Of a DNA stretch of 64,000 bases, positions 50,801-60,989 are shown piece after piece (the first letter of the stretch is position 1; each line of letters opens with the position of its first letter). Origin of the DNA: Planctomycetia bacterium (GTDB lineage Bacteria > Planctomycetota > Planctomycetia > JALXBF01 > JBGPMX01); contig DAIOWH010000009.1 in assembly GCA_036758585.1 (NCBI GenBank), forward strand, positions 1,573 to 65,572. Reading direction: 5' to 3'. The position numbers were made by a program, and so were the translations under genes. Under the pieces are notes generated by a model that was given only the letters and a program-made list of their open reading frames with translations, had not been told where the DNA came from and did no database searches.

Positions 50801-52138
50801 TCACTCGGCGCGACCTTCCAAACCAGCAGATGGGGCCACTCCGTCGCCACGACGAATTTCGCCCTTCATGAGCATGCGGACATAGTTGAGCAACTCCCGA
50901 ACACGCGCCGAATCGGGTCGTACGGCACTCAACTCTTGAAGCAGTACCTCGGCCTCTCGGTAGTTGCCCTGGTCGATCGCAGTCTGTGCGTTTACCAGGG
51001 TCGCCCCGAGGGGAGACCGCCGCGCAAACTCGTCGATCGCGGCTTTTTCAACTTGTTCACGCCGCAGTCGATCAGCCTCTTCGTAGTGTTTCTTGGCTTC
51101 ATCGGGTTTCCCATTGACGGAATACGCGATTGCCAGCGTGCTGTGCAGAATCATCGTAGATGGGCATTCTTTTTCCAGTTTCTGAAGAATCTCCAGCGCG
51201 CGGGCCGGGCGCCCGTGGTGCATTTCCATCTGCGCGATCCGCCCCTTCAAGTCACATTGATGCGGGTTGATCGCCAGAGACTTGTCCCAGTAGCCACGCG
51301 CCGCGTCTGCGTCACCCAGGTCCAGGCTTATTGTGCCGAGCAGACTGAGTGCTCGCGCGCTCGCAGGGTGAGTTTTCAAGAACTGCTCAATGTGGGTTCT
51401 CGCACGGTGTGGTTGACCACGGCCTATCAGCGTCTCGGCCAGAAGCATGTACACTGTCTCTGGGGTGTTGCCTTGAGGCAGGCTGGAGGCCGATGGGTCA
51501 AGCTCTACGACCTTCTCCAGGTGCACGATTGCCTGTTCGGACCGCCCCTGGTGCAGATGAAGCAGTCCGGTCAGGAACTGACCTACGGCGGCCTGGCTTG
51601 ACTCGTTGACGAGCCGAGTCGCCATGGCGGTGGCGTCATCGACTCGGCCCTCGCGAAGAAGCAGCACCGCCAAGTGTTTAATTGCGTCCCAGTTGTCACT
51701 ATCGATTTCGACAAGACGCTCGTATACCGGAGCAGCGCGGGAATACCACTTGGCGCTTAGGAGCATGTTTCCACGCCATGCCAGGTCCTCAGCCGACAGC
51801 GGAACCCGCGAGAATAGGCGTTCCGCTTCTTCAAACTGTCCTATCGAGCCGAAACACCTCGCAAGAAGCACGATCGCACGACTGTCATTCGGGTGCTCGC
51901 GCAGGTGGGCTTTGGTCAGTGCAATCGCCTCACCCCATCGTTCGTTGGCAGCCGCGCGCCTTGCTTCACGAACTAACCGCGCGCCGTGCCAGTACCAAGC
52001 AACAGCGAACGATGCCAACAACAATGACACCGCAACAACTACGCGAGCAGGAAAGCGCCGGAGAATAGACGCTGGACCGTTCATCGGGTCTAGGGTCTCC
52101 TCAACTTCGCAAACAGGGTGAAACTCGGAAACCATCAA
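50801..52138 (-). CDS. Membrane-anchored TPR-repeat protein
   Basis: N-terminal TM (VVVAVSLLLASFAVAWYW) then about 8 TPR units. Confidence 0.65.
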   Translation of the reverse strand: MMVSEFHPVCEVEETLDPMNGPASILRRFPARVVVAVSLLLASFAVAWYWHGARLVREARRAAANERWGEAIALTKAHLREHPNDSRAIVLLARCFGSIGQFEEAERLFSRVPLSAEDLAWRGNMLLSAKWYSRAAPVYERLVEIDSDNWDAIKHLAVLLLREGRVDDATAMATRLVNESSQAAVGQFLTGLLHLHQGRSEQAIVHLEKVVELDPSASSLPQGNTPETVYMLLAETLIGRGQPHRARTHIEQFLKTHPASARALSLLGTISLDLGDADAARGYWDKSLAINPHQCDLKGRIAQMEMHHGRPARALEILQKLEKECPSTMILHSTLAIAYSVNGKPDEAKKHYEEADRLRREQVEKAAIDEFARRSPLGATLVNAQTAIDQGNYREAEVLLQELSAVRPDSARVRELLNYVRMLMKGEIRRGDGVAPSAGLEGRAE

Positions 52139-52185
52139 GAACCTACTCGATTCCAGGACAACTTTCGAGACGCCTGCCCCTCATT

Positions 52186-52251
52186 AGCGTAGTGCAGGCG
52201 GCCCGCCTGCAATGTCGTCAAAGAAGCCGCAGGCGAGCCGCCTGCACTACG
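52186..52251. repeat. Compound palindrome (cgtagtgcaggcgg...ccgcctgcactacg with inner palindromes gcaggcgg/cccgcctgc and gccgcaggcgagccgcctgc) in the divergent intergenic region
   Basis: Read directly. Shares the GCCGCAGGCGAG core with repeat copies 1 and 2. Confidence 0.6.
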
Positions 52252-52362
52252 ACTTCCTTGAAAGGCTGGTGGGCGGTTTTCTTGTTGACAAACCTTGTCA
52301 GGGATACAGACAATACCTGCCATGAGATTCACCCAGAAGCACTCTGTAAGGAGGAGAACGCG

Positions 52363-52635
52363 ATGAAGCACGCTATGTTATTGATCATTGTATCGTGTGT
52401 GCTTGCTGTTTCCGGTTGTGAAAGCGCGAGCACCTCGACCGCCCCCTCGAAGCCTGCGGCCACACCGGGACCCGTTGGTCCACCGCAAGGAGCCGAGGTG
52501 GGCAAGGCTGGAGATCCTGGAACTGCGATGCCAGCCATGACTGGTGGTGCGACTGCCGAACAGCAGGAGATGGCGAAGAAGTATGGTGCCGGTGGAGTTG
52601 GTGCGGCCGGCCCTCAACCACCAGCGACGAAATAG
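52363..52635 (+). CDS. Small Pro/Gly/Ala-rich lipoprotein
   Basis: Signal peptide with lipobox LAVSGC. AAGGAGGAG SD. 90 aa. Confidence 0.55.
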   Translation: MKHAMLLIIVSCVLAVSGCESASTSTAPSKPAATPGPVGPPQGAEVGKAGDPGTAMPAMTGGATAEQQEMAKKYGAGGVGAAGPQPPATK

Positions 52636-52688
52636 TATGAAACAGGCGTTTTTTTCTGGGGTTTCATTTTTCCAACGGAGGACGAAAC

Positions 52689-53807
52689 ATGACAATTCGA
52701 AAACAATGGAATGGGTTCACGCTGATTGAGTTGTTGGTTGTCATCGCCATTATCGCCGTGCTGATCGCGTTGCTCTTGCCTGCCGTACAGATGGCTCGCG
52801 AGGCGGCCCGGCGAAGTCAATGCCGTAACAACATGAAGCAGATTGGCCTCGCCCTCGCCAACTACCACGACACGCACGGTGTATTTCCGATGGCACGGGT
52901 CCAGCCGTGGAGCTATCCCGGCGGTGCCCAGGCTGGAAACATTGCGAGCCAGAACGTACTGCTACTGCCATTCATGGACCAGCAGGCTCTGTACAACTCA
53001 TTCAACAATGACGCGGGATGGTATCAGTCTGGGCCCTGGGGCGGGTGGGTCGGCTCTGGCCCGGGCGGTGGTGGCCAGGGTGGCTGGGGCGTGCAGGACG
53101 CCGCGAATATCACCGCTGTCTGCACACCAATCGACACGTTCATGTGTCCATCCGATCCGGTAGGAGGTAGGACCCCGGGTCAGCAGTACGGCAACTCAAG
53201 TTATGCGGTGAATGCCGGCCGCCGCGCGGGGAACATGGGGCACTGGGGTTATGTCAGTGTGCCACCCGACAGCCGTCCCGGCATCGCTCAGTATGTGGAG
53301 GTCGGCTGGCGACAAAAGTGCTTTAGTTCGGCTGATATTAGCGATGGCTTGAGCAACACCGCAGCGTTTGCCGAATGGCGAAAGGGCAACGGCGATTCAA
53401 ACCTGACGCCAGATGACTTTGGCAAGCCCAACGGAGCTGTGTGGCATTTGAACACGGGGGCTTCGTGGGGAGGAACGGCGGGGTGGGATGCAAACGAGCG
53501 CGAGTGTAACGGAACGGATCCCCATACCCCAGCAGGCTACTGGCCACATCAAGGGTATTTCTGGGCGTATGGAGCGGGCGCACATACCTTCTACACGCAC
53601 GACGCGGCTCCGAACAAGAACAGTTGCTTGGCGAGTGGTTGGTGGGATGTTTCTGTACTAGCAAACGCCAGCAGTTACCATCCGGGCGGTGTAAACGTGC
53701 TGATGGCCGATGGCGCAGTGCGAAGCGTGGGCGACACCATTGCGCGTGATGTTTGGGCCGGAATAGGTACGTCCAACGGAAAGGAAGTCATTCCCGACGA
53801 GTTCTAA
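52689..53807 (+). CDS. DUF1559 (H-X9-DG) protein with prepilin-type N-terminal cleavage/methylation domain
   Basis: N-terminal [26 protein letters not shown]. The DUF1559 body is typical of Planctomycetota. GGAGG SD. Confidence 0.85.
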   Translation: MTIRKQWNGFTLIELLVVIAIIAVLIALLLPAVQMAREAARRSQCRNNMKQIGLALANYHDTHGVFPMARVQPWSYPGGAQAGNIASQNVLLLPFMDQQALYNSFNNDAGWYQSGPWGGWVGSGPGGGGQGGWGVQDAANITAVCTPIDTFMCPSDPVGGRTPGQQYGNSSYAVNAGRRAGNMGHWGYVSVPPDSRPGIAQYVEVGWRQKCFSSADISDGLSNTAAFAEWRKGNGDSNLTPDDFGKPNGAVWHLNTGASWGGTAGWDANERECNGTDPHTPAGYWPHQGYFWAYGAGAHTFYTHDAAPNKNSCLASGWWDVSVLANASSYHPGGVNVLMADGAVRSVGDTIARDVWAGIGTSNGKEVIPDEF

Positions 53808-53820
53808 GACCGATCAAGAA

Positions 53821-55545
53821 ATGCGAGACTGTCGATCAGATCCCGTTGCGACCTGGGTGGTCGCAACGGGATTGTTTTTGTTATATGTGTTGATGTGGAG
53901 TTCGCCCTCGTGTGGTGGCGATGGATCTGTGCAGTTTCGTAACGTGTCGTCCGAATCGGGCCTGCAATACTCTTACTTCAACGACTTTCGACCGGGTAGG
54001 TTTCTGTTGCCCGAGATGATGGGCGGTGGCGCCGCGTGGATCGACTTCGACGGAGATGGTTGGCAGGACATCTACTTCGTCAACGGCACTCAACTACCTC
54101 CCGGCTTGGAAGGCCCTACGCACACTTCAAAGGTGTTTCGCAATACCAGCCCCGGCCGCTTCGACGACGTCACAGCGCTAGCCGAAGTGGGTCACATGGG
54201 CTATGGGCAGGGTTGTGCTGTCGGCGATGTCGACAACGACGGCTTTGACGATCTGTATGTCACCTGCTACGGCAGCAACACGCTGTACCGGAATCTAGGT
54301 GACGGCACTTTTGGCAACACTACCTCCATAGCCAACGTCTCAGGCAGCGCACGTTGGTACTCTAGTTGTGCGTTTGGTGATCTCGATCGTGACGGAGCGT
54401 TGGACCTGTACGCTACGGCCTACATGAAAGTTCCGCTGACCGACGACACTGTCTGCGTGCATGACGTGACGAAGAAACGAGTCTATTGCGGACCGGCGCG
54501 TTATGAAGCCGAACCTCACACGTTGTATCGCAATCGAGGCGACGGTGCGTTCTTGGATGTCACGCAAGACGCCGGTTGCACCGCGCGAAATGGCCGGGGC
54601 CTGGCCGTCTGTATCGCGGACCTCGACGACGACAGTTGGCCCGACGTTTACGTGGCCAACGACATGAGCGTTTGCTTCCTGTATCACAACAAGACTGGCG
54701 ATAGTAATGATGGCCGCGCCCGTAAGCTGCGATTGCACGAGACCGGCGTCCTGGCAGGTGCCGCATTGTCGGGTGACGGATCGGGTATTGCGGGAATGGG
54801 TATTGCATGCGGCGACCTCGACGGGTCCGGCCGGCTAGGCATGTTCGTTACGAACTACTATGGCCTGCCCAACATCATGTTCCGCAACCTCGGCGGTCTG
54901 TTGTTCGTCGATGATAGTGCGCGGGCTGGGCTGGCCAGACCTAGTTTGCCGCTGCTTGGGTTTGGGACGGGACTGTTGGATTGTGAAAACGACGGCTGGC
55001 TCGATCTGGTAGTCGCCAACGGCCATGTTCTGGGGCCTACTCATGATCCATTCGCAATGAAACCGCAACTCTTCAGTAACCAAGGCAAGGGAAGGTTTGC
55101 AGACATTAGCGATAGTTCCGGGCAGTATTTTCAGGACACCTGGGTTGGCCGCGGTGTGGCGATCGCAGACTATGACAACGATGGCGCAAGCGATTTCCTA
55201 ACGGTGCACCAGTTTCGCCCTACGGCGCTGTTGCACAACCTGACTCGGTCGCGGGGACACTACATTCGGTTGGTACTGGTGGCCAGGGAGTCGAACCGAA
55301 ACGCGGTAAACACTCGCGTTTGGATTGAAGCGGATGGACGAACTCGGATGCACGAAGTCGTTGGAGGCGGCAGCTATCTGTCGGCGTCGGATCGTCGCGT
55401 GCTGGTGGGTCTTGGCGGACACGAGCGTGCGGACGTATTGCGCGTGCGCTGGCCATCCGGTCGAAACGATGTGTGGCAGAATCTGGCTGGCGACCGGAGT
55501 TGGATGCTGGTCGAAGGACAGCCGCCGCGCGAAATGCACCCGTAA
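53821..55545 (+). CDS. CRTAC1-family FG-GAP/ASPIC-UnbV repeat protein (secreted)
   Basis: FG-GAP loops (DFDGDGWQDIYFVN, DVDNDGFDDLYVTCYGSN, DLDRDGALDLYAT, DLDDDSWPDVYVAND). UnbV_ASPIC C-terminus. The start is ambiguous, at 53821 (gives a signal peptide) or about 53894. Confidence 0.75.
   Translation: MRDCRSDPVATWVVATGLFLLYVLMWSSPSCGGDGSVQFRNVSSESGLQYSYFNDFRPGRFLLPEMMGGGAAWIDFDGDGWQDIYFVNGTQLPPGLEGPTHTSKVFRNTSPGRFDDVTALAEVGHMGYGQGCAVGDVDNDGFDDLYVTCYGSNTLYRNLGDGTFGNTTSIANVSGSARWYSSCAFGDLDRDGALDLYATAYMKVPLTDDTVCVHDVTKKRVYCGPARYEAEPHTLYRNRGDGAFLDVTQDAGCTARNGRGLAVCIADLDDDSWPDVYVANDMSVCFLYHNKTGDSNDGRARKLRLHETGVLAGAALSGDGSGIAGMGIACGDLDGSGRLGMFVTNYYGLPNIMFRNLGGLLFVDDSARAGLARPSLPLLGFGTGLLDCENDGWLDLVVANGHVLGPTHDPFAMKPQLFSNQGKGRFADISDSSGQYFQDTWVGRGVAIADYDNDGASDFLTVHQFRPTALLHNLTRSRGHYIRLVLVARESNRNAVNTRVWIEADGRTRMHEVVGGGSYLSASDRRVLVGLGGHERADVLRVRWPSGRNDVWQNLAGDRSWMLVEGQPPREMHP
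53842..53886 (+). terminator. Candidate intrinsic terminator: 12-bp GC stem (cccgttgcgacc / ggtcgcaacggg), 5-nt loop, followed by a U-tract (attgtttttgttatat)
   Basis: Read directly. Lies 35 nt after the DUF1559 stop, but inside the annotated 5' end (signal-peptide region) of the next ASPIC ORF. Confidence 0.5.
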
Positions 55546-55569
55546 CGCTGGTCTTCCGAACGGAAAAAC

Positions 55570-56778
55570 ATGTCCAGACGCTGGCCTATCTTGCTGGCAC
55601 TCACCCTAGCCGTCGGCGGCGCCGGCGCGTGGTGGACCGTACGCAGCCAGGTCTGGACCTGGCAGGCGGAGCGGGCCATGCGCGCGGGTCGTTGGAACGA
55701 CGCTTGGGACCTTTCACAGAAACTCTTGGCAAGAGACTCGGAAGACGGGTTGGCACATATGGCAATGGCCGGCGCCCTATCCGCTCGGGGCGAGTTTCAC
55801 GTGGCGCTGACGCAGCTTCGACTCGTTGCCGGCGATTCTTCCTGGGCCAGTCGCGCCGCTCGGCGGGAAGGCGAAATACTCTTGCTGCTTGATCGCGCTT
55901 CAGAGGCGGAGACTGCGCTTAGACGTTGTGTAGATCTATGCCCAAGAGACTCCGAAGATTCCATCGTCTCCCGAATACTGTTGGTAAAAATCTACCGGTG
56001 GCTGGGTCGTCAGTTCGACGCGATGTCGCTCCTTGAGTATCTCTACCGGGACGGCGAGACATCCGGTGACGTCGCAACGCGGGTCGCTTCTTTGGTCCAG
56101 ATGTTTCTTGTCGAGTATGGCGAACATGATCCAAAGGCGAGAGCGACGATGTTGCGACGTTTTGTGGCCAACGATCCACAGTATGTTGCCGCGCGAGTGG
56201 CTTTGGCTCAGCAGGAGTTTCCCAACGGCGACCTTGGCTCAGCCCTGCAAGAGTTACAGCTGTGTCTGCAAGCGTCACCGCAAGACGTGGAGTGTCGCCA
56301 ATACCTTTTGGAGTACGGACTGCACGTTGCCGGCGCCGAACCTCGCTCGTTGGAGCCGCTGCTTGATGGGTGGCCTGCAGAGAGGCGAGGTTTCCAGTAC
56401 TATCGACTGCTCGGTGAGCTTCGTCTTCGTCAGGAACGCCTGGATGATGCCATCAGTGCGTTCCGTGACGCCAACAAGATTCGTCCCGACCAGATTGGAG
56501 TTCGCCACCAGCACGGCATGGCACTGATGCGCCAAGGCCGCGAGACCGAGGCCAACCAGGAGTTGCGCAGGACGGAGGAGCTAAGGAGGGCGTTGGACTA
56601 CGAGCGAGTGAAACGGCTTTTCGACGGCATTCCGAAACACATCGAGATGGGAAGGGTGGGTTCGGCCGACGCCCCGATGCTGCGCAGACTGGGCAGCTTC
56701 TACGAAGAGATTGGCCGCCGAGATCTTACCCAGCGCTGGTTACGAGAGGCCGACCGACTGAAGTCTGGGCATCGTTAG
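55570..56778 (+). CDS. Membrane-anchored TPR-repeat protein
   Basis: N-terminal TM (WPILLALTLAVGGAGAWW) followed by TPR repeats. Confidence 0.65.
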   Translation: MSRRWPILLALTLAVGGAGAWWTVRSQVWTWQAERAMRAGRWNDAWDLSQKLLARDSEDGLAHMAMAGALSARGEFHVALTQLRLVAGDSSWASRAARREGEILLLLDRASEAETALRRCVDLCPRDSEDSIVSRILLVKIYRWLGRQFDAMSLLEYLYRDGETSGDVATRVASLVQMFLVEYGEHDPKARATMLRRFVANDPQYVAARVALAQQEFPNGDLGSALQELQLCLQASPQDVECRQYLLEYGLHVAGAEPRSLEPLLDGWPAERRGFQYYRLLGELRLRQERLDDAISAFRDANKIRPDQIGVRHQHGMALMRQGRETEANQELRRTEELRRALDYERVKRLFDGIPKHIEMGRVGSADAPMLRRLGSFYEEIGRRDLTQRWLREADRLKSGHR

Positions 56779-56791
56779 TGATTGTGCAGCG

Positions 56792-58870
56792 TCACTCGGG
56801 AGTCTCGCGAAGTCGCCTAATTCGTTCGCGCAGCCCCGGCAACGTGGGTGCTTCGTGATTTACTCGCTCAAGCAGCTCGCATGCCTCAATCAGGTTCCCC
56901 TCCTTCTCGTGCAGTTCGGCTGCTTCCATGAGCAAATCCAGTCGCCGCGGGTTGATCCGCAGAGCCTGATTGTAGGCCGCGATGGCATCCGTGCGGCGCC
57001 CCTCACGAATGTACATGAAAGCCAGACTGGTATGAGCGTCGATTGCATCAGGATTGATCGCAAGCGACTTGCCGATCGTTTCCACCGCCCTCGACAAGTT
57101 CTGATCGCTGATGTAGTAGCACATACCAAGTTGGATGAGCGCCGTGGCATCATAGGGGTTACGAGCGAGCACTTCCCCCAAGAGTTGAACGGAGTTCTCA
57201 ACTTGATCTTCTCGCATGTGGAGCGCCGCGAGCCGGCGATAGGCAGGCAAGTAGTCTGGCCATTGGCGAATCGATTGTTGATACATGCGTTTGGCGACGT
57301 CGAACAATCCGACCGCCTCATACGCATCGCCAGAAAACGCGAGAGCTTTTTCCAAGTCGACAGATTCTGCAGCTCGCTCGTAGTTGCGGGCGGCGGCCAG
57401 CATGTCGCCCAGGTGGAACTGGGCTACTCCCAACACAAACCATGTCTCATAGTCTTGCGGATCTTGCTTCGAGGTTCCGCGCAAGATGTCGGCCGCCTTC
57501 CGCAGAGTCCCTATCGAACGGTCGCCGGGATGTTGATCGAAGTAACGGATCTGGGCGATCGCCCAAGACCGTTGGCTCTGCGTTTGCGAGTCTTTACGTG
57601 GCCAGTAACCAACCAGCTTGGGGGAATCGTGTTCGACCGGGGTCGCTGAGTCCGTTGTCCTCTGTGGCAGGTTCGCTTGCGGTTTTCGAATCCAATGGTC
57701 GGTGAATACGACGTGGGCGATGTCGGCAACCTTGGCGCGCGGCATGTGGCATTCCACGCAATCGTCGCTGCTCGACGCGTCGGCTAGGCCTCCGCAATCA
57801 GCTCGCTCGTGGCAATTCAGGCAACGCTCTATGTAGTGGCGTCTTGGGACTTCCTTCAGCGGTAGGTGCGGATCATGGCAATAGTCGCAGGTCATGTGTC
57901 CCCTTGTCGGACCCTCGGTCCAGCATCGGCTCTGAGCTGTTCGCGGCCCGTGACTCGCAAACCCGAACTTCTCAGTGCTGGAATTCTGAATCAGGAAGTC
58001 CTCGCGAAAGTCGGCTAGCCGCATTCCGGGTCGGAAATCGGCCATCATTCTTCCCTTCCTCGCGAACTGGGCATCGGGAATCAAGTGGCATTGCAAGCAG
58101 ATGTCGTTCTTCCGTGGATGGTCCAGGCGCTCTGGGTTCACAATGGTTCGGTCGGTGTCGCCGTCAAGCACTGGCCTGCGTCGCCGTTCGCGTACATGAC
58201 GCTCACCGGGTCCGTGACATTGCTCGCACCCCAAACCTTGTTCCGGCAGGAAGGCATAACGGTTTTGCGACCCCTGGACATATGACACCCTGCCGGCATG
58301 ACATGCCAAGCACTCGTGGGGGATAGGACGGTCAAACCGTAGGTTCATCTCCTTGTACCCAGGACTCAGGTCCCAAATTCCGGCATCGGTGTAGATTCCA
58401 ATGGGCATTGCCGTGAGGTAACCGTTTGCGTCGGTGACAAACCCCTTCCCATGCGATCCCGAACCTATCGCATAGCGCGCCTGCCGAACTAGGCTGTGAA
58501 CCTTGCGGTCCGTTTCATCGTGACGGAATTCCTCCTGAAAGTACCGCCCATCTTCGACGAAAGCCCGGTAGGAGAAATCTCGACGCGCGTCGTGAACTGT
58601 GCTTTTCTCCCAACCGTCAGTAGCCATCTCCTCAGGTGTCAGTGCATGCCATGATCTTCCCATCTCGCTCCGCTTGAACTGGGCGTAAATACGATCATGG
58701 CACTCCGAACAGGCCTCGTCGCCCACATAAGCGACCAGAGGATCCCAGTTGGTGAATTCGCTTTGTTCGCCCGCCCCCTGCGCGAGCCACCAGACTACGG
58801 GACAACACCCGAGCGTTGCCACTGCGAGGAGTATGAACCTAGACCAACTCTTGTTCGTAGAAAGGCCCAT
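56792..58870 (-). CDS. Multiheme cytochrome c (7 CXXCH) fused to C-terminal TPR repeats, paralog
   Basis: CSECH, CLACH, CEQCH, CLQCH, CDYCH, CLNCH, CVECH. TPR tail. Likely start at the internal ATG (MGLSTNKSW...), which gives a signal peptide. Confidence 0.75.
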   Translation of the reverse strand: MGLSTNKSWSRFILLAVATLGCCPVVWWLAQGAGEQSEFTNWDPLVAYVGDEACSECHDRIYAQFKRSEMGRSWHALTPEEMATDGWEKSTVHDARRDFSYRAFVEDGRYFQEEFRHDETDRKVHSLVRQARYAIGSGSHGKGFVTDANGYLTAMPIGIYTDAGIWDLSPGYKEMNLRFDRPIPHECLACHAGRVSYVQGSQNRYAFLPEQGLGCEQCHGPGERHVRERRRRPVLDGDTDRTIVNPERLDHPRKNDICLQCHLIPDAQFARKGRMMADFRPGMRLADFREDFLIQNSSTEKFGFASHGPRTAQSRCWTEGPTRGHMTCDYCHDPHLPLKEVPRRHYIERCLNCHERADCGGLADASSSDDCVECHMPRAKVADIAHVVFTDHWIRKPQANLPQRTTDSATPVEHDSPKLVGYWPRKDSQTQSQRSWAIAQIRYFDQHPGDRSIGTLRKAADILRGTSKQDPQDYETWFVLGVAQFHLGDMLAAARNYERAAESVDLEKALAFSGDAYEAVGLFDVAKRMYQQSIRQWPDYLPAYRRLAALHMREDQVENSVQLLGEVLARNPYDATALIQLGMCYYISDQNLSRAVETIGKSLAINPDAIDAHTSLAFMYIREGRRTDAIAAYNQALRINPRRLDLLMEAAELHEKEGNLIEACELLERVNHEAPTLPGLRERIRRLRETPE

Positions 58871-59177
58871 GTTCGTCAGTCGTACGGGTGTGTGAAATAA
58901 CACACGGAACTTGTCAAACCGCAAGCCGCAGACGAGCGCGTTGTTGGATCGTGCACAACGTCGAAACGGCCGAAACGCGCGCTTGCGGCCATGACGAGTT
59001 GCCACAGAATCTTGCCAGACAGCCGCACCGTCGCCACTTGCACGACATCCAACTGCCTTGTAGCATGGCGGTCACTGTTATCATCTAGTTCCTGTTGCTG
59101 GTTTGCAACTCGCCTGTCGTCATGGGGATGGGGACAACGCGACGTTGCCGCCGAGCGCCTTCTTCAGGAATACGAAC

Positions 59178-60968
59178 ATGGGAAGGACTAAGTTCCCTCC
59201 TGCCGTGACGCTCGTTGTCCTTGCGATTCTCGTAGGTGCGCTGTTGGGAACGGCTTCCGCCTTCCTCATGCGCTCGCAGTCGCAGGCAGTACACAGCGTA
59301 GCGGCACCTGACACCACCTCCAAGTCACCCGATCTCTCGCCACCTGCAGAACCGATTGCGCTTCCTGAAGCTGATCGCCAGCTTATTTGGGACGCAGAAC
59401 ATCACGCATTGGAATTGTCCAGGAGAGCCATCCCTCAGCTAACCCGCGCACTTAAGGAGCGTAATCTCGACGCATTGCTGGGTCAGTTTGCGGGCGAGTT
59501 TGAAGGCTCCCTGCCAAGTCTCGAGAATAGCGCGTCGCGGAGCCACGGTCCCCTTCATACCCGGGTCTATTCCGCAAGTCCGGAATTGGGCACGACTGAC
59601 TCCGAAGAATTCTGCCATGCACTCTTACGACTAATAGCTTCGTTTGAAAGAGTCGACGGCGCACAGTTGGCGGTCACGGAGTTTCGACCCGAGTCGCAGT
59701 CGTCCACTGAGCCTTGCTGGGGTGGACGCTGGAAGTTGCGACTATGGGGAACAACGGTGGATAGCCCTTGCGAATTCGTCATGGATGGTACTTTCCGCGT
59801 CGCATCGGTGGAACCCGAGGCCCTTGCCTCGGACGGCTGGCTCTTGGCGTGGAACAGTTCGGAGGGCGAAATGCGAACGGCGGAGGCGCCCCTCATGCGG
59901 CAGGCTGCCGACCAGTTTGGATTCGCCGTCGAGGACCTATTTGACTCCTGGCAGTTCACCAGTGGACCTCCGCCCGTCATTTCGGGGGGCGTCTTTGTAT
60001 CAGATTACGACGGCGATGGACGCCCAGATGTTCTTGTTTCGGACATTCTGAGGGGCAACATGTTGTACCGAGCGGCCACCGATGGGACCGTCTCAGAGGT
60101 GGCAGCGCTCGCAGGGGTCTCGCCTATCATAGAATCTGGCAGACCTGTCATGTGGTTCGACTTTGACAACGATGGATTCGACGACCTCTTGATGGGAAAG
60201 GTACTCCTCAAGAACTGTGGTACCGGCGAGTTTGCGGATGGAGCGTCAAGCCTTGGTGTGAGCAACCTGCCAGTGGCATCGGGGTACGTAGTGGCCGATT
60301 ACGACAACGATGGATTGTTGGACTTCTATCTCGCGCGCGCCTCGGGCGGACCGAAATCCGGTCCCGGGAAACGAAGCTCGTGGCTCCGAGACGAGACCGG
60401 CCCCGGAAACCAATTGTGGCGGAACTGCGAAGGGAGCTTCGAAGACGTGACCGCCGACACCAATGCATCTGCCGGTCGCAGGTCCACGTTTACCGCTGCA
60501 TGGCTTCACGCCGACGCCGACCCACTCATTGACTTGGCCGTCATTGACGAGTTTGGCGCTCCTGTCCTGCTGCGCAACCTGGGCGGCAGTTTTGAACAAC
60601 GCCCGCTGACGGACGGGTTTGGGGGGTTCTGCATGGGGATCGCGACGGGTGATCTCGATAGCGACGGCCAAACAGACTTGTACATGGCTAACATGTACTC
60701 GAAGGCGGGCAATCGGATATTCGCAAATCTCAGAGAAGATGTGTACCCAAACGAAGTGTATAGCAAGCTCATGGAGTTTACGCGAGGTAACGAAATCCAA
60801 CGCAACTTGGGGAACGGCAAGTTCGAGAAGAAGGGTCTTGCTGCCCGAGTCAACGATGTAGGATGGGCCTACGGACCGGCGATGTTTGACGTGGACAATG
60901 ATGGCCGCTTGGACTTGTACTCGCCAGCCGGATTCCAGAGTATCTCGCGCGACGAACCCGATGGCTGA
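59178..60968 (+). CDS. CRTAC1-family FG-GAP/ASPIC protein, N-terminal part, terminated by an in-frame TGA
   Basis: Signal peptide from ATG 59178. FG-GAP loops (DYDGDGRPDVLVSD, DFDNDGFDDLLMG, DYDNDGLLDFYLA, DLDSDGQTDLYMANMY). The stop TGA at 60966-60968 is in frame with the downstream UnbV_ASPIC ORF. Confidence 0.65.
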   Translation: MGRTKFPPAVTLVVLAILVGALLGTASAFLMRSQSQAVHSVAAPDTTSKSPDLSPPAEPIALPEADRQLIWDAEHHALELSRRAIPQLTRALKERNLDALLGQFAGEFEGSLPSLENSASRSHGPLHTRVYSASPELGTTDSEEFCHALLRLIASFERVDGAQLAVTEFRPESQSSTEPCWGGRWKLRLWGTTVDSPCEFVMDGTFRVASVEPEALASDGWLLAWNSSEGEMRTAEAPLMRQAADQFGFAVEDLFDSWQFTSGPPPVISGGVFVSDYDGDGRPDVLVSDILRGNMLYRAATDGTVSEVAALAGVSPIIESGRPVMWFDFDNDGFDDLLMGKVLLKNCGTGEFADGASSLGVSNLPVASGYVVADYDNDGLLDFYLARASGGPKSGPGKRSSWLRDETGPGNQLWRNCEGSFEDVTADTNASAGRRSTFTAAWLHADADPLIDLAVIDEFGAPVLLRNLGGSFEQRPLTDGFGGFCMGIATGDLDSDGQTDLYMANMYSKAGNRIFANLREDVYPNEVYSKLMEFTRGNEIQRNLGNGKFEKKGLAARVNDVGWAYGPAMFDVDNDGRLDLYSPAGFQSISRDEPDG

Positions 60969-60989
60969 CCGTGCATCTGGCAAGCTGCC

